In this document: positions 25,001 to 38,013 of the stretch, piece by piece
How the letters are laid out: every line of letters begins with the position of its first letter
Numbering within the stretch: the first letter of the stretch is position 1
Source of the DNA: Geosiphon pyriformis uo1
Lineage: Eukaryota > Fungi > Glomeromycota
Direction of reading: 5' to 3'
DNA length: 64,000 nucleotides
Assembly (NCBI GenBank): GCA_016748015.1
Contig: JAAOMT010000226.1
Coordinates: 1,234,370 to 1,298,369, forward strand
Program-made: the position numbers and the translations under genes
The notes under the pieces: generated by a model
What the model was told of the DNA's origin: nothing
The model's database searches: none
The model's input: the letters and a program-made list of their open reading frames with translations, nothing else

Positions 25001-26860
25001 TGATAGTAAAAAGCCAAATCAAAGAAAGAGCATAGTTTATAAACATTTATTGGTTGTCTAATATTCTGGACTTTTTCAACTTTGGCTGGATTAAAAAAGA
25101 TTCCATTTTTTGTAATAAAATAACCAAGAAACTAGGTAGATTGTTGTCTAAAAAAAGATTTAATTGGGTTTATCTTGAGGCCAATATTTCTAAGAAGAGC
25201 AAAAACTTTTTGCAAGTGTTCAAGGTGTTAATCTCAGGTTTTTTAGTATACTATTATGTCGTTTAAGTAGACCAAAACAAAGTTTTTTTTTACTGATTTA
25301 AACACTTTGTCTATTAGACATTAAAAGATAAGAAAGACATTGTTACAGATAAATATTTCTTTTGTTGGATTGAATAAAACAACCTGTAACTTGGTGCTCA
25401 AATTAAGTCACAGTTGATAATAATCTGAAGATTTGTATCTGAAAATTTTGGTTGAGTTCTTTGTATAATGAACAGAGATTCAATGGTAAGAGTTTTATTC
25501 ATAGCTTTCTGAAACCACAGTTTTGTCAATTTTTTTTTCAGCTTGATGGCTGGTATTCCTTCTGATAAGTTATCCTCAATCAAGTGTTCTACTGTTATTC
25601 CTAGGTCTTTTACCAATCATGTTTATCCTGACGTCAATGCCCCACATGTTAATCCTCAATAGAATTAGTGAACAACAATAAACTCAAAGCAAGAAAATGA
25701 AGAAAAGAAAAAAAAATAAAGAAAGAAAAGAAATAAGCCAAGGCGATTTGCAAGTTAGTATCCTATCAATAGCTGTGATTAAGAGCTATTGTTCTAGTAT
25801 GGTTAAGTATCAGTTACTATCAACATAAAGTGTTGATAGTGAAGAATGAATTTGATATAGTGAATAATTATTTATTTGAGGATTGTGGTAACTAAGCTAA
25901 GAATTCTTGGTGTTAATTCTGTCTTTTCTGCTTCTAATGCTACTGTTATATATACATATTTGAGATTCCTCAATTCCTTAATTTCTTGCAACAGAAATCC
26001 TGGAATTCTTGGAATCCTGCAATTCCTGATGAGAGAAATCCTGGAATTCTGGAATCCTGTGATTCCTTGTCAGAGAATCCTGAAATTCCTGGAATCTTGC
26101 AATTCCTCTAAGAAGAATCTTGGAATTCCACATTTACTATATCTACATCTGATTGGCTAATATCTACTGGCTAATAATACTATATTTTCTATATTCTATG
26201 AATAACAACATTAATAAGACCAAAAAACATAACTGTAACTTTGTAGATGCCATACTTGATAATAAAAGCAGTTTTCTTTTTGCTTTCTAGATTTATCTCT
26301 ACTTGTCAGAATTTAGCAATTAGATTAATAATTGAGAAAAAAGCAGTATCTTTGAATTGGTCTAATATTGCATTAATCTTAAGAAACAGATACATGTTTC
26401 TTTCAGTAATGACATTTAATTGGTAATAGTTGACACAAAAATGTAAGATTCTATCTTTTTTGGATATCACTACAACTGAAAAAGTCTATTTATTCTTGGT
26501 TTTTTGTATAAATCCAAGATTTTTCATTTAGTTTATCTCTTTTTTGATGAACTTATTATTGTGTTAATTGGATTAATAAGGTTTTAAATAGATGAGGCAA
26601 GTTTTTTTAATAGTAATAATATGTTGTATTACATAAGTTTATTCAAAGATATTACCTTCTTTTAAGATAATTAAGCTATTTTTAGCCAACAGATTTTTAA
26701 TGTCTACTTTTTTTTTTCAAAGAAAAATTTTTTGGTTCTATTACAAGTGATTAGATCTTAAGTAATTCATTTTTAAAGAACTTCTGTACTTTTTTATTTT
26801 TTTTCTAGGTATTAAACTAATTAGTTTCCAATCTTTGTAATAGATTAGACAGGACTTGTA
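22070..26860 (-). mobile_element. truncated Ty3/Gypsy copy D (RT-RNase H-integrase, downstream ORF remnant, probable 3' LTR)
   Basis: RT VYL(N)D near 25257-25271; RNase H FHT(N)TFGFGLGAVLS and [13 protein letters not shown] at 24700-24840; integrase zinc finger and core at 23400-24200; probable LTR/PPT boundary near 22419. The left LTR edge is uncertain. Confidence 0.8.
25341..26207 (-). repeat. solo LTR, TSD ACAT, inserted in RT of copy D
   Basis: TGTTACA...AATAACA; ACAT at 25337-25340 and 26208-26211; GGAATTCC/GGAATCC tandem array at 25960-26130. Confidence 0.92.
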
Positions 26861-26916
26861 TTTATTACTAGAAAAATACAAAGATTTATCACATTAATAC
26901 TAAGCATAAGAACCAT

Positions 26917-27750
26917 TGTTATTCATAGAAAAAGAATACAAAAAAAATAGTAAAAAAAACAGATAGGAAAAATAGACCAATAAAAGAATAGTATTTAGCA
27001 TATGAACACATTATTTAGCAATATAAAGCATTGTTAGAGAATTATAACACATTGCTTAGCAATAAGCATATTGTCAAAAATTACAGACATATTGCTTACA
27101 AATGTGCAAAATCTCATATAACATAAATTATATATATATAGCAAGAATATTAAAAGCAAAAAAAGCAATTTCAGGAGAATTCAAGAATTCTGGAAGAATT
27201 TAATAGAGTTTTATTAATTTAGAACAATATCTTTCCTTTAAAAAATAGAATACTATAACTTAAAATAAAATTGTTCTCATATTAATAAAATTATTTATTA
27301 TTCTCAAATCTATGTTATTATTTACTACTTAACCTGTTGGCACAATAGCTCTTAATTATAGCTATTAACAGAACACTTATTTCTTATTTTATTTTTTTTA
27401 TTTTTTTTATTTTCTTTTGTTGTTTATTAAATTAATTAAAAAGATTAAGTGCTGAGTTACTAACATCAAAGTGACTAATAAAAGACCCAGAAATAAGAGT
27501 AGAACACTCAAGAATTAAAGATAGCTTACCAGAAGAATTACTGGTCATTACATTAAGAAAAAAATTTGATGGAATTGTGATTCCAAAAAGCTACAGATAA
27601 AACAACTATTGAATCTGTTCATTATACAAAAAACTCAACTAAAACCTTCAGATACTAAAAACCTTCAGATAATACCAACTAGATTAGCTATTGAGCACCA
27701 AGTTACAGGTTTGTTATTTGTTTTCAGACTCCAAATAATCATCTGTAATA
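26917..27750 (+). repeat. solo LTR (C-related), TSD CCAT/TCAT
   Basis: TGTTATT...TGTAATA; flanking 4-mers differ by one C>T; homologous to 56399-57228. Confidence 0.85.
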
Positions 27751-27902
27751 TCATATTACTAATATTTGTATTTGGCTTTCTTGTCAAGTTTTCTGTCAAA
27801 GATTTTTCTAAAGATATTATAGTAAGGTTAGCAGATCATCTTGCCATTTACAATGATTTTTTTTGTCAGCTTTAATATTGTCCAGTGACTTGTCATTGCT
27901 AG

Positions 27903-28795
27903 TGTTACAAGTAATTATTTAGATATAAAAATAAATAACAAATCTGTAACTTAGGGCTCAATAACTTGGTAATATTAGTAATATCTAAAGATTTTGGTAA
28001 TCTAAAGATTTTGGTGGAGTTTTTTATATAATAAACAAAAATTCAATAGTTGTTTCAATAGTCTTTCAGAATGGTTATTCCATCAATTTTTTTTTAGCAT
28101 AGTAATCAGTTTATTCTAACAATTATGTTCTTCTGGTAAATTATCCTTAATTTCCAAATTATATACTCTTATTTCTGAGTCTTTTATCAGGCTATTTTTA
28201 ACATCAAATTATTTTGTGCTTAATTCTTTTAATCAATTTAATAAATAGCAAAGAAATGAAACAAAAAAAATAAAAAAAAATAAAAAAAATTAGTATCTTA
28301 TCAATAACTGTAATTAAGAGCTATTGTTTTAGTATAGTCAAATATTGGATTCTATTAACACTTCATGTTAATAGAATAGAGATAATTAATATTCTTTAAT
28401 CAAATAACAATAATATGAATTCAGGTAATAATTAATATTTTTATTAATATGTAATTGAATTTCACTTTAAGTTGTAGAAAACTATCTTTTGAAGGAAGAA
28501 ACATGGAATAATTAATTGATTATGAATATTAATTTTGAAATTGATTCTGTTTTTTTGTTTTTAACACTTTTACTATATATACATATTTTTTGTTTTATAA
28601 GATTTCATATTTTTTTAAACAATATGCTCTAATTTACTAATATTGTTTACATTGCTAAGCAGTGTGTTCTAATTTACTAACATTACTTATATTGTTGAGC
28701 AGTATGCCATAATTTGTTAGTAATGTGTCATAGTTTTCTGATATTATGTTTATATATTAAATACTATTTTCTTATTGATCTATTTTCTTATCTGT
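27903..28795 (-). repeat. LTR (C-related) cut near its U3 end by Gypsy E
   Basis: Starts TGTTACAAG; reverse-homologous to 26917-27750; ends where a new TGTTACA begins at 28796. Confidence 0.8.
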
Positions 28796-29217
28796 TGTTA
28801 CAGATAAACTTGATAGAATGTAGTAGTAATATTTGGTATTCAAAATTTGGGTTTCTAGAAAGCTTTTAATGGTTTTTTTTAGTAGGCTAATTTGTTGTAT
28901 TAGTGTTATCAGTCTCTGAAAGTCTGTTTAATTGTTATGAATTTATTCATGGAGTTCTTTGGTTATAAGGCACAGAAATATGTTTTGTAGTGTTGCAATT
29001 TTTTGTATGTAATATGAGCTATCTTTTTCGAACTAATGAGCACAATTATTAGGATCTGGCAGTATTTTTTTGCTCTTTTAGTAAACTATTAAGATAATAT
29101 TAATATTTAAACTTAAAAAAAGCCTCCTTTTTTTATTAGGCTATCATGAAGTTTATTCCCAGACAGTTGATTTTTTTTATGTTGCTGCTTCACAAAAGAA
29201 AATAAAAAAAAAATAAA

Positions 29218-29250
<33 letters not shown>

Positions 29251-32200
29251 TGAATTAGTATTGTTAATTATTATGATCAAGAATGATTAGTCCAGGTTAT
29301 TAAGAGTTTAAAACATTTATGCTAAGAGCATTTGTCCTAAAACAAAAGTATGAAACAAGGATTAGTTTAATTCAGACACAAGATGATTGATAACCATGTA
29401 TTAATAATGTTGTGTTTTTTAAATAAGTTTTTTATTTTTGTAAGATATAATAATTATAAGGAAAAAAAAATTTGATTCATGTCTAAATGCTTTTCTAATT
29501 TCTACAACTACTTGTTTTTATACATTTTTTTTGGTTCTACAGGATTGTTTTTTAATTGTTTTATTCTTGTTAGCTATTGCTTTGCTATTTTTGTTATCAT
29601 TTTGTTCTTCTACATTATTACTAATTATCCTATGTTTTAATTAGTTATTTTGTACTATAACACATTATTAAGTTTTGTATTATGTTATCCTAAATTATTA
29701 TGCATTATTTTGTGTTCTTTCACATTATCCTGTATTATTTTATGTTATTATGTTTTTGGTCATGTTTTTTTCATAACTTTGGATTGGTTTTTCTATTCAG
29801 ATAACACTGTTTTTCCAGTTTTTTTTTTGTATTTTTCTATGAGTAATATTATTTTCTTCTTTTTAATATTAAGCTCCATCAAAATTTTCACTTTAAATTA
29901 GATTTATTACTTCTTTTTTTAGTATTGTTTGTTCAATTTTGTTCTTTATTTCTTCACATTAAGAGTTGTTTATTTTTTTCTACTGGTTAACAGTTATTGT
30001 TTTCATTTCTTGGTATAGTAGTATTTTTGGATAGTTTTAAAATATGGTGTGTAGTCAGTAAATTGTTTTGATGTATATTCTTGTATTTGTCTTTTTCCCA
30101 ATAAACTCTTCAATCTATTGTACTATTTCTTAATTAAATATTTTTTTAGATTTATTGATATATAATTCCTAAATATTTAGCTTTTGTTTCAGCTGATAAT
30201 AATAATATGTTACTGGAAGTTGTTTCATTCATAGCTTCTAATTTTTTTGGTTAGTTTTTTTGTTAAAATTATTTTCAGTATTTTTCCAAAAGTGTTTTTT
30301 ACTTTTTATCTAACCAATACTTTGTTTGGTTCTGTTGTCATTAATATAGAGTTATTCCTGTTTTTCTTTCCTTTTTTGTGTTTCAATAGCAAATTGTTTG
30401 ATGGTTGATAATAATTTCTATGTCTAATTGTTGTTAATTTATGGCCTGAAATAGTTGTTGAGCTATTAAGTAAATATAGTCTAAGATTTCTATTTTTTAT
30501 TGTTGCTGTTGTTATGTTTACAGTGTCTTTATATATTATTTTTGTAAATTAATTTGATGTGTTTGTATTGATAATTATAATTGGTTTTAGATTTTATAAA
30601 ATTTTATTTGGTTAAACTAATATTTATTGTACTTCCAATTGTAGAATATTATTAGTAGATGATAATACTATATTGTAATATGATTTCAATTGATCTCTAT
30701 ATGCTGCTTTAACTAAGATTTTGTTGTTCCATCTTAGTTTATAAGCTCTATTTCTTATAATTTTTTTAATATAAAATAGTCTATCTCATTTGAAGTCAAA
30801 TTTTTTACTCCATTGTTTTTTCATTTTAGTACAATATAAAAGTACTTTGTCTTCAATTCTGAATTCAACTAGTTTATTTGGTAATTGGTTATTATGTTAT
30901 TTTTTTTGTTTTTCTTGTGACTTTTAAATGTTATCAGCTGTTTTTTGTTTTTTGTTTTCTAAAGTTTCTATTAATTTGTATGTTTTTTTAGCAATGTTCT
31001 TTGAAAGTTGGCTTCTGTTATTAGTTCAGTTAAATATGTGTTGATATCTATCTTAATTGGTAATATTGCTGTTTTATCATAAACAAATTTAAATGGTGTT
31101 GCTTGTGTGGTATTTTGCTTCATTGTTTGATAAACAAATAGTACTGATAATATGAACAAATCCCATTCATCTTGGTTTTTTTAGCTGATCTTGGCTATTG
31201 CTTTATATAATGTTCTGTTGAATTTTTTGACTAAGCCATTTGTTTGTAAATAGTATGGTGATAATAATGATCTTTTAATTTCAAATTTTTGACTCAATTC
31301 TGTTAGTGTTTTGTTCACAAAGTAAGTTTTTTGATTTGACAATAATTTTTTTGGGCATCTATATTAACAAATTAAATCCTGGTGGACAAATTTGGCTATG
31401 AATTTTGCATCTGCTTTTTGAATTGCTTTCACTTTTGGCTATTTTGTGAAATAATCCATAGCTACAGCTATATAATAATTGCCTTTACTGGTTATTGTTA
31501 ATGATCTGACTAAGTCAATTTCAATTTAATTGAATAGTTGTTCTACTTTAATTGGTCTTAGTGGTTTACTAAGTCTTGTTTTTTTTCTCTAACAAACATC
31601 ACAATTTTGAATATATTAGATAATACCTAAATACATGAATGGCCAATAATATCTTTTTCTGGTTTTTTCTATAGTTGTTTTTTTATAAAAATGTCTTGCT
31701 GTTGGATCTAAGTACATGTTGAATAGTATTGTTTTTTTCTTTGGTTCTGTAATTACTCTGAATAGTTGATCTGAGTATTTTCTGTTTTTCTGGTATAATA
31801 TATCTTGGTAAGTAATAAAATATTTTGCTTGTTGTTTTATGTTGTTTTGTTTCTTTTAAGATAATTTCTCCTTGAATTATTGAGTATTAATATAATATTG
31901 AAGTTGTTGATATTTTTGTGTATTCATCTTTTGTTATATTTTTGGGTTAAAATGTTCTTAGATTTGTTTTATTTATGATAAACCATTAACATTTCCATTT
32001 TTTTTTTCTTTTTATAATGTATTGTATAATTGAATGATGATAGTTCTATTTTCCATTTTGTATAGCAATCATTTCCAAATTTTTGCTTTTGGATTGATGT
32101 CAATCTTTTGTGATTAGTGTACACATTAAACTTTTGACTCAAATATTTCTTCTATTTGATAACAGCCCAATAAATAGCTAAGTATTTTAATGTTAAGGTT

Positions 32201-34086
32201 TTATAATTTTTTTTTATTAAACTTAAACTTCTGTTAACATATGTTACTAGATGTTCTTATCTATCTGTTTTTTTTTGTGACAGTACTGTTTTCAATACTT
32301 GACCAGATATATTAGTGATAATAATAAATAGCTTACTGTAATCTGAATAGATCAATATTAATGTTTGGATGAGCTTTCTCCTTAATATATTAAAAGCTTC
32401 TTGTTGTTTTTCAGTCCATTTATATTTGGTGTTTTTGGCTTGGAGTTGATAAAATAATTGAGCCAGTTTAGAGAAGTTTTGAATAAAGCAGCAATAGTAT
32501 TTACCAAATTCTAAAAATGCTCTTAATTCTGTGAAATTTGTTGGTACTAGAAAGTTTTTAACAATTTCGATCTTATTTGAATCTGTTTTGATGCTGTTTT
32601 TGCTAATAACATGTTCCAAAAACTTAAGTTCAGTTTTCCCAAAGAAACATTTAATTATATTTAATTTTAATTCAGTTTTTCTTAGTTTTTCAAATACTTG
32701 TTGAAAATAATAAAGATAATTGTCAAATGTTTTGAAGAATATGTTGGTGTTATCTAAGTAGATAATATTACAAATAATTATTTGGAATTTGAAAACAAAT
32801 AACAAATCTGTAACTTGGTGTTTAATAGCTAAGTAATGTTGGTAATATCTGAGAATTTGGTAATTTGAAGGTTTTTATATCTGAAAATTTTAGGTTGGAG
32901 TTTTTTGTATAATAAACAGAGATTCAATGGTTGTTTCAGTAGTCTTTTGGAATGATTATTCTGTTAAATTTCTTTCTTTAGCATAATAACTGGTTTATTC
33001 TGGCAGTTATGCTCTTTTGGTAAGCTATTTTTAAATTTCTTAATTCTATACTCTTATTTCTGGGTTTTTTACCAGACTATTCTTAATGTTAATTACTTAG
33101 TGCTTAATTTTTTTAATCAGTTAGTAAATCAACAAACAATAAAATAAAATAAAATAGATAAAAAAAATAAGAAAAAAAAATAAGAATTAGTATTTTGTTA
33201 ATAGCCATGATCAAGAACTATTGTTTCAGTATAGTTAAATATTAGATATTATTAATATAAAGTGTTGATAATAGATAAGTGATGGAAATTTTTAATCAAA
33301 TGACAATAACATGGATTGAATAATAATAAGTATGTTTATTAAATATTTTGGTGAATTCACTTCAGTTAATAATAACTATTCATAAAGTAAAGATTAATTA
33401 ATAGATAAAAAAAGAGATATTAAATTGAAAACTGAATCCAATACTTTTCTTGTTTTTAATGCTACTGCTATATATACATAGTTGGTATTATATAAGATTC
33501 CTGGAATTTTACAATTTTAAGTAAAGAATCTTGGTATTCTGAGATTTTAGAATCTTGCAATTCCTTTAAAGAAATTCTGAAATTCTTTTATTACTACACC
33601 TACTTCTAATTGGCTATTTTTCTAATTATAATATTTCTAATTTCTATAAATAATAACGACTACTGATTTTCAAAGTAATTTTCTATAGACAATTTTCATT
33701 AGTCATTGGAAGATAGCTGAAGTATTTATTAAGTTAAATGGCATAATATCGAATTCAAAGTTCTTTTCTCTGATGGTAAATGCTGTCTTTTTTTTATTGG
33801 CTGAATTCATGGCTACTTACTAATAATTACTGTTTAGGTCTAATGTTAAAAACCATTTTTTTTTTCCAAATACATTGAATAATTTTTGAATCTGTAAAGT
33901 TGAATACCTGTCTCCATGAGTAATATTGTTGAGCTTTCTATAATTTACACAAAAATGGATTTTTTTATTTTTTTTCCAAATTAATATCATTAGTAATAAC
34001 TATAGACTTATAGATAGTTGAATTAACTTGTTATCCAACATTCTGTTAATTTCTTGCTAGATAATTTCATGGCTTGCTGGTACTAG
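28796..34086 (-). mobile_element. 5'-deleted Ty3/Gypsy copy E (RT-RNase H-integrase-ORF3-3' LTR), close relative of C
   Basis: 3' LTR 28796-29848 with PPT at 29849-29864; ORF3 remnant about 29870-30495; integrase about 30680-31930; RT/RNase H (YLD(N)TNIF...LRAFL). It is fused to a LINE at about 34087. Confidence 0.88.
32766..33655 (-). repeat. solo LTR inserted beside the YxDD motif of copy E, TSD ACGA/ATAA
   Basis: Decayed TGTTACA...TAACA termini; removing it and one TSD restores KSVVVYLD. Confidence 0.85.
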
Positions 34087-37000
34087 TTTGAACATTGGTT
34101 ATTTGAATTTAAAAGTGGTAATAATTATAAATAATACTTTTGCTTAATATATATATAATATCTTTAAGATTTTTGTTTATTTTTTTTTTCAGTTTGTTTG
34201 CTGTTTGACAACAAACTTTCAATAATTATTTTTGGTTTGTATGCTAATACTTTAACTAGTGTGTAATTCAATTAAATCTGTAAAATAAATTTTTATATTA
34301 CTTATGTAGTTAATTCAAGCTTTTATGTAATGTTAAGTAATAACTTTAATAAAAATAAAATAAAACAAAGTGTAAGTTTTAAAATATGTTTTAATCTAGG
34401 TTTGAGCAATTTTCTCTTAATTAATTCTGTTGTCAAGCTCTTAATCTAAAATAATTCAAGAAATATAAAAAAAACTATTATTATATTTTTGTCAATAATT
34501 ATTTTTTATTAATAATTATTAATTATAAAGTTTTTAATATGTTTAAGTTTTTTAATACTAATTACAAAACTGTTTGTTTTTTAGATTAAATGGCTTTTTG
34601 GATGCTTATTTGAATACTGTATATAAGCAGGCCAATTAAGATTATTAGAAGTTTAAAATTAGAGATACAAATAATGTCAAGTAAATATACTTTATAAAAT
34701 ATTCTTCTAATAAGCTATCTGTAATAATAAATAAGTTTATAAATATAAAGATTTATGGTAATTTAAATGCAATATGAGAAGTACTAAAAAGAATAATAGT
34801 AAATCTAACTAATAAGATATTTTTTAGATATTGGTTTTTTAAGTTTAATTGTCCAAAAAACAAGTTGTTTTCAAAATTTTATGGATTAAACTGCTAATTG
34901 TTAAATTGGTAAAAAAGTTGAATTTGAATAAAAAGTTTAAATTTGACTATTTCTTGATAAAATAGTTTACTATTAATAAAAAAAAGACTTTTATAGTCTA
35001 TGGTTTGATTTAAGATAATACAAAGTTATTAAAGATTATTAAATATTTGTTAACAATTAAGAAAAAATATTAAAAGTCAAGTACTATGAATTAAAAACAA
35101 TTGAAAATATATCTATTAAGAAAATAATTGATTAATGCATAAAAAATTTTAGTTCTAATAAAAAAAATATGATAAAAAGCATTTTAGAACAGTTTTTTTA
35201 TAAAATAATTCTAAATTATTTGGTAATCAAAAAAAAGTTGGTTTTAAAGCCAAATAAAATAAAGTTTAAAGTTGATAAAATTATAGTAAATTAAACAAAA
35301 AAACAGAATATGATTTCAATATTGTCTAGTTTGTAATTTTATTAGTATTTACTATTAAGTTATATAAAAAAAAATGTTTTTTTTGATGTAATAAGTAAGA
35401 TCAATATAAATAAATTGGTTTTAATAATTAGTAATCTGTCTAATGACAAAGCTGCTGGTTTATTTGACATTTCAAATGAATTTTAAAAGCATTATAATTG
35501 TATAGTAATAAAATGTTTCTTAAATCTATTGAATTTTTGTCTGGTTTTTGGTAATATTTTAGTTTTTTGAAAAAAAACATAAGTTTTAATGATTTTTAAG
35601 CTACATAACTGAAATAATATTTTAATAACTTTTATTGTACTAATTAAGATGGCTAGAAAAATTTTATTTTAGATTCTTTCAAATTGTATTTTATTTATTT
35701 GTAGTAAGTTTAATGTTTTTTAAGATAATATCTTTTAGTTTTAAAAAATATCTTGACTTAATTTTTTGTATTTGTTATTAGTTTAATAATAAAAAATAGT
35801 TTAAAAAAAAACTAGAAGCTGTGATTGGTCCTGTAAAATATGTACAAAACTTATAATTTGGTTGAATAATATCATTTAGAAACTAGTTTAAGATATATTA
35901 ATATACATAATAAGTTTTTTGAGTTTTTTGAAAATATATATATAAATAAAATTAACAGAATAATAACTGATTTTGGCTTTTTGAATAATTACAAAATACT
36001 AAATGAATTTGATTAAAATAAAGTATTTTTACTATTTTTTTATAAAATTTTTTATGATTTTTTATTGTGCAAATAAAAAGACATAAATATTTATATAAAT
36101 ATAGAATTAACATTAACTTAATAGCAAAAATAAGCAGAATAAAAATTAAAAAGAAAAAATTTTCTTTTTTTATGACTAGTGCTTTTGTTGATAATACAAT
36201 TTAAATTAAAAATAGTTAAGCTTCAATGCAGTATATTTTGAATATAATTAGTAAGTTTTTTAAAATCAATAATATTTTTATTAACAATAATAAAACAATG
36301 ACTATTTTTATTAATTAGAAAGTTGTAAATACTTTTTTGCATATTAGTAATTAACTGGTTTTTATTGTCAAACATAATGTTATTCATAGAAAATAAAAGT
36401 TATAATAATTAAATAAAAACAGCCAATTAGAAATAAGCATAATAAAAAGAAAAATTTTAGTAGAATTTTGATATTCAGTTTAGTTTGGTTCAAGTTTAAT
36501 CAAACCACTAAACCAAACCAAACTCAAACAGAAAATTTGGCAAAATTTTGAACTCAAACTTAAATCAAACTTAAAATTACTGGACTTGAATCAAACCTGA
36601 ACACATGCAACAAGTTTGGTTCAAGCTTAGTTTAAAGTTTATAAATATGTTCAGATTTAACTATTAAAAACATAATTTTTTTTTCAATGGTTTCTGTATT
36701 GCTCTTATAATTTTAAGCACTAAATAAAATCTTATATCTATAATCATATTTTCACTTGCAAAAAAAGCACATTCAAAAGCAACAAATAATTTTTGGATTG
36801 CCAATTAATTACAAACCATATATACAATACAAAAAAATATGTTTAAATATCAAATTATTAATAAAATATTAATTTAGATAAATATTTTTTGTAATATATC
36901 TTCCACTATACTATTATATTCATTTTTTATTGGCCACTTTTTCAGAAATATAATGATCAATTTTGTTAAGTTTTTTTTCTCATTATTATCAAAATCTGTC

Positions 37001-38013
37001 TTTAATATGAATTATATAACTAATGTTTTAGTATTATTAAAATTATTATTTAACAAAAAACTGTTATTTGATATTAATATAATATTTAGTGTGTATTCTA
37101 TTTCAAAGAAAGTACATATTCTAAAAGTTTATTTATTATGTGAGAATTGAAAAATAAAACTATTTAAATAAATTAATAACTTATAATTTTTTTATTTTAT
37201 TAATATTATTATCAAAAAATTTTCTTTTTGTAAAATAATAAAATTTTTTTCTTGGATTTAATATAATACAGAGCATTACAGTTGTATTTGTTTTAGAGTA
37301 ATATTCAACCAACTTTTTTCTTACTGTTTTAGCTGTTATGACAATATTACTCATAAAGAAAATATATAAAAGAAAATAGTAGAAAAACAGATAGACCAAT
37401 AAGAAAGTAGTAGTTAGCATATGAGCATATTGCTCAGCAATATGGAGCAATGTCAGAAATTATGGCACATTGTTTAACAATATAGAACAATGTCAAAAAA
37501 TTAAGGCACATTGCTCAAAAAATTATAACACATCACTTGAGAATATGAATGATCTCATAAAACCTAAATTATATATATATAGCAAGAGTATTAAAAGCAA
37601 AAAAAACAGAATTACTACCAAGACCTTCCTATTACCACATTTATATTAGAATCATCAATATTAATAAATAATTATTTGCTATTCAAATCATTTTTCTCAC
37701 TATTAACACTTTATGTTAATAGTATCTACTATTTGATAATACTGGAACAATAGTTCTTAATTATGGCTATTAATGAGATATTAACTTAATTGTCTTGACT
37801 TATTTGATTAATTTTTTTATGTTTTCTATTTTTCATTTCTTTGTTTGTTTTATTAATTGATTAAGGATTAAAAGTGTTAAATTACAGACATCATAGGGAC
37901 TAGTAAAAGACCTATGAAATAAGGGTAAAAAACTTATAGATTTGAGGATAGCTTATCAGGAGGATTATCAGCCACTATACTGAAAAAAAAATTCAATGAA
38001 ATTGTGATTCCAG

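Noticed and set aside
26917-28795. Inverted LTR pair resembling a DIRS-like or inverted-repeat element
   Set aside because: The first LTR has its own TSD (CCAT/TCAT), the spacer looks like unrelated LINE-like sequence, and no tyrosine recombinase is seen; these are independent insertions.
29195-29250. Poly(A) tail of a retroposed insert
   Set aside because: It lies at the position of the T-rich tract present in related LTRs, homogenised by transitions; no TSD.
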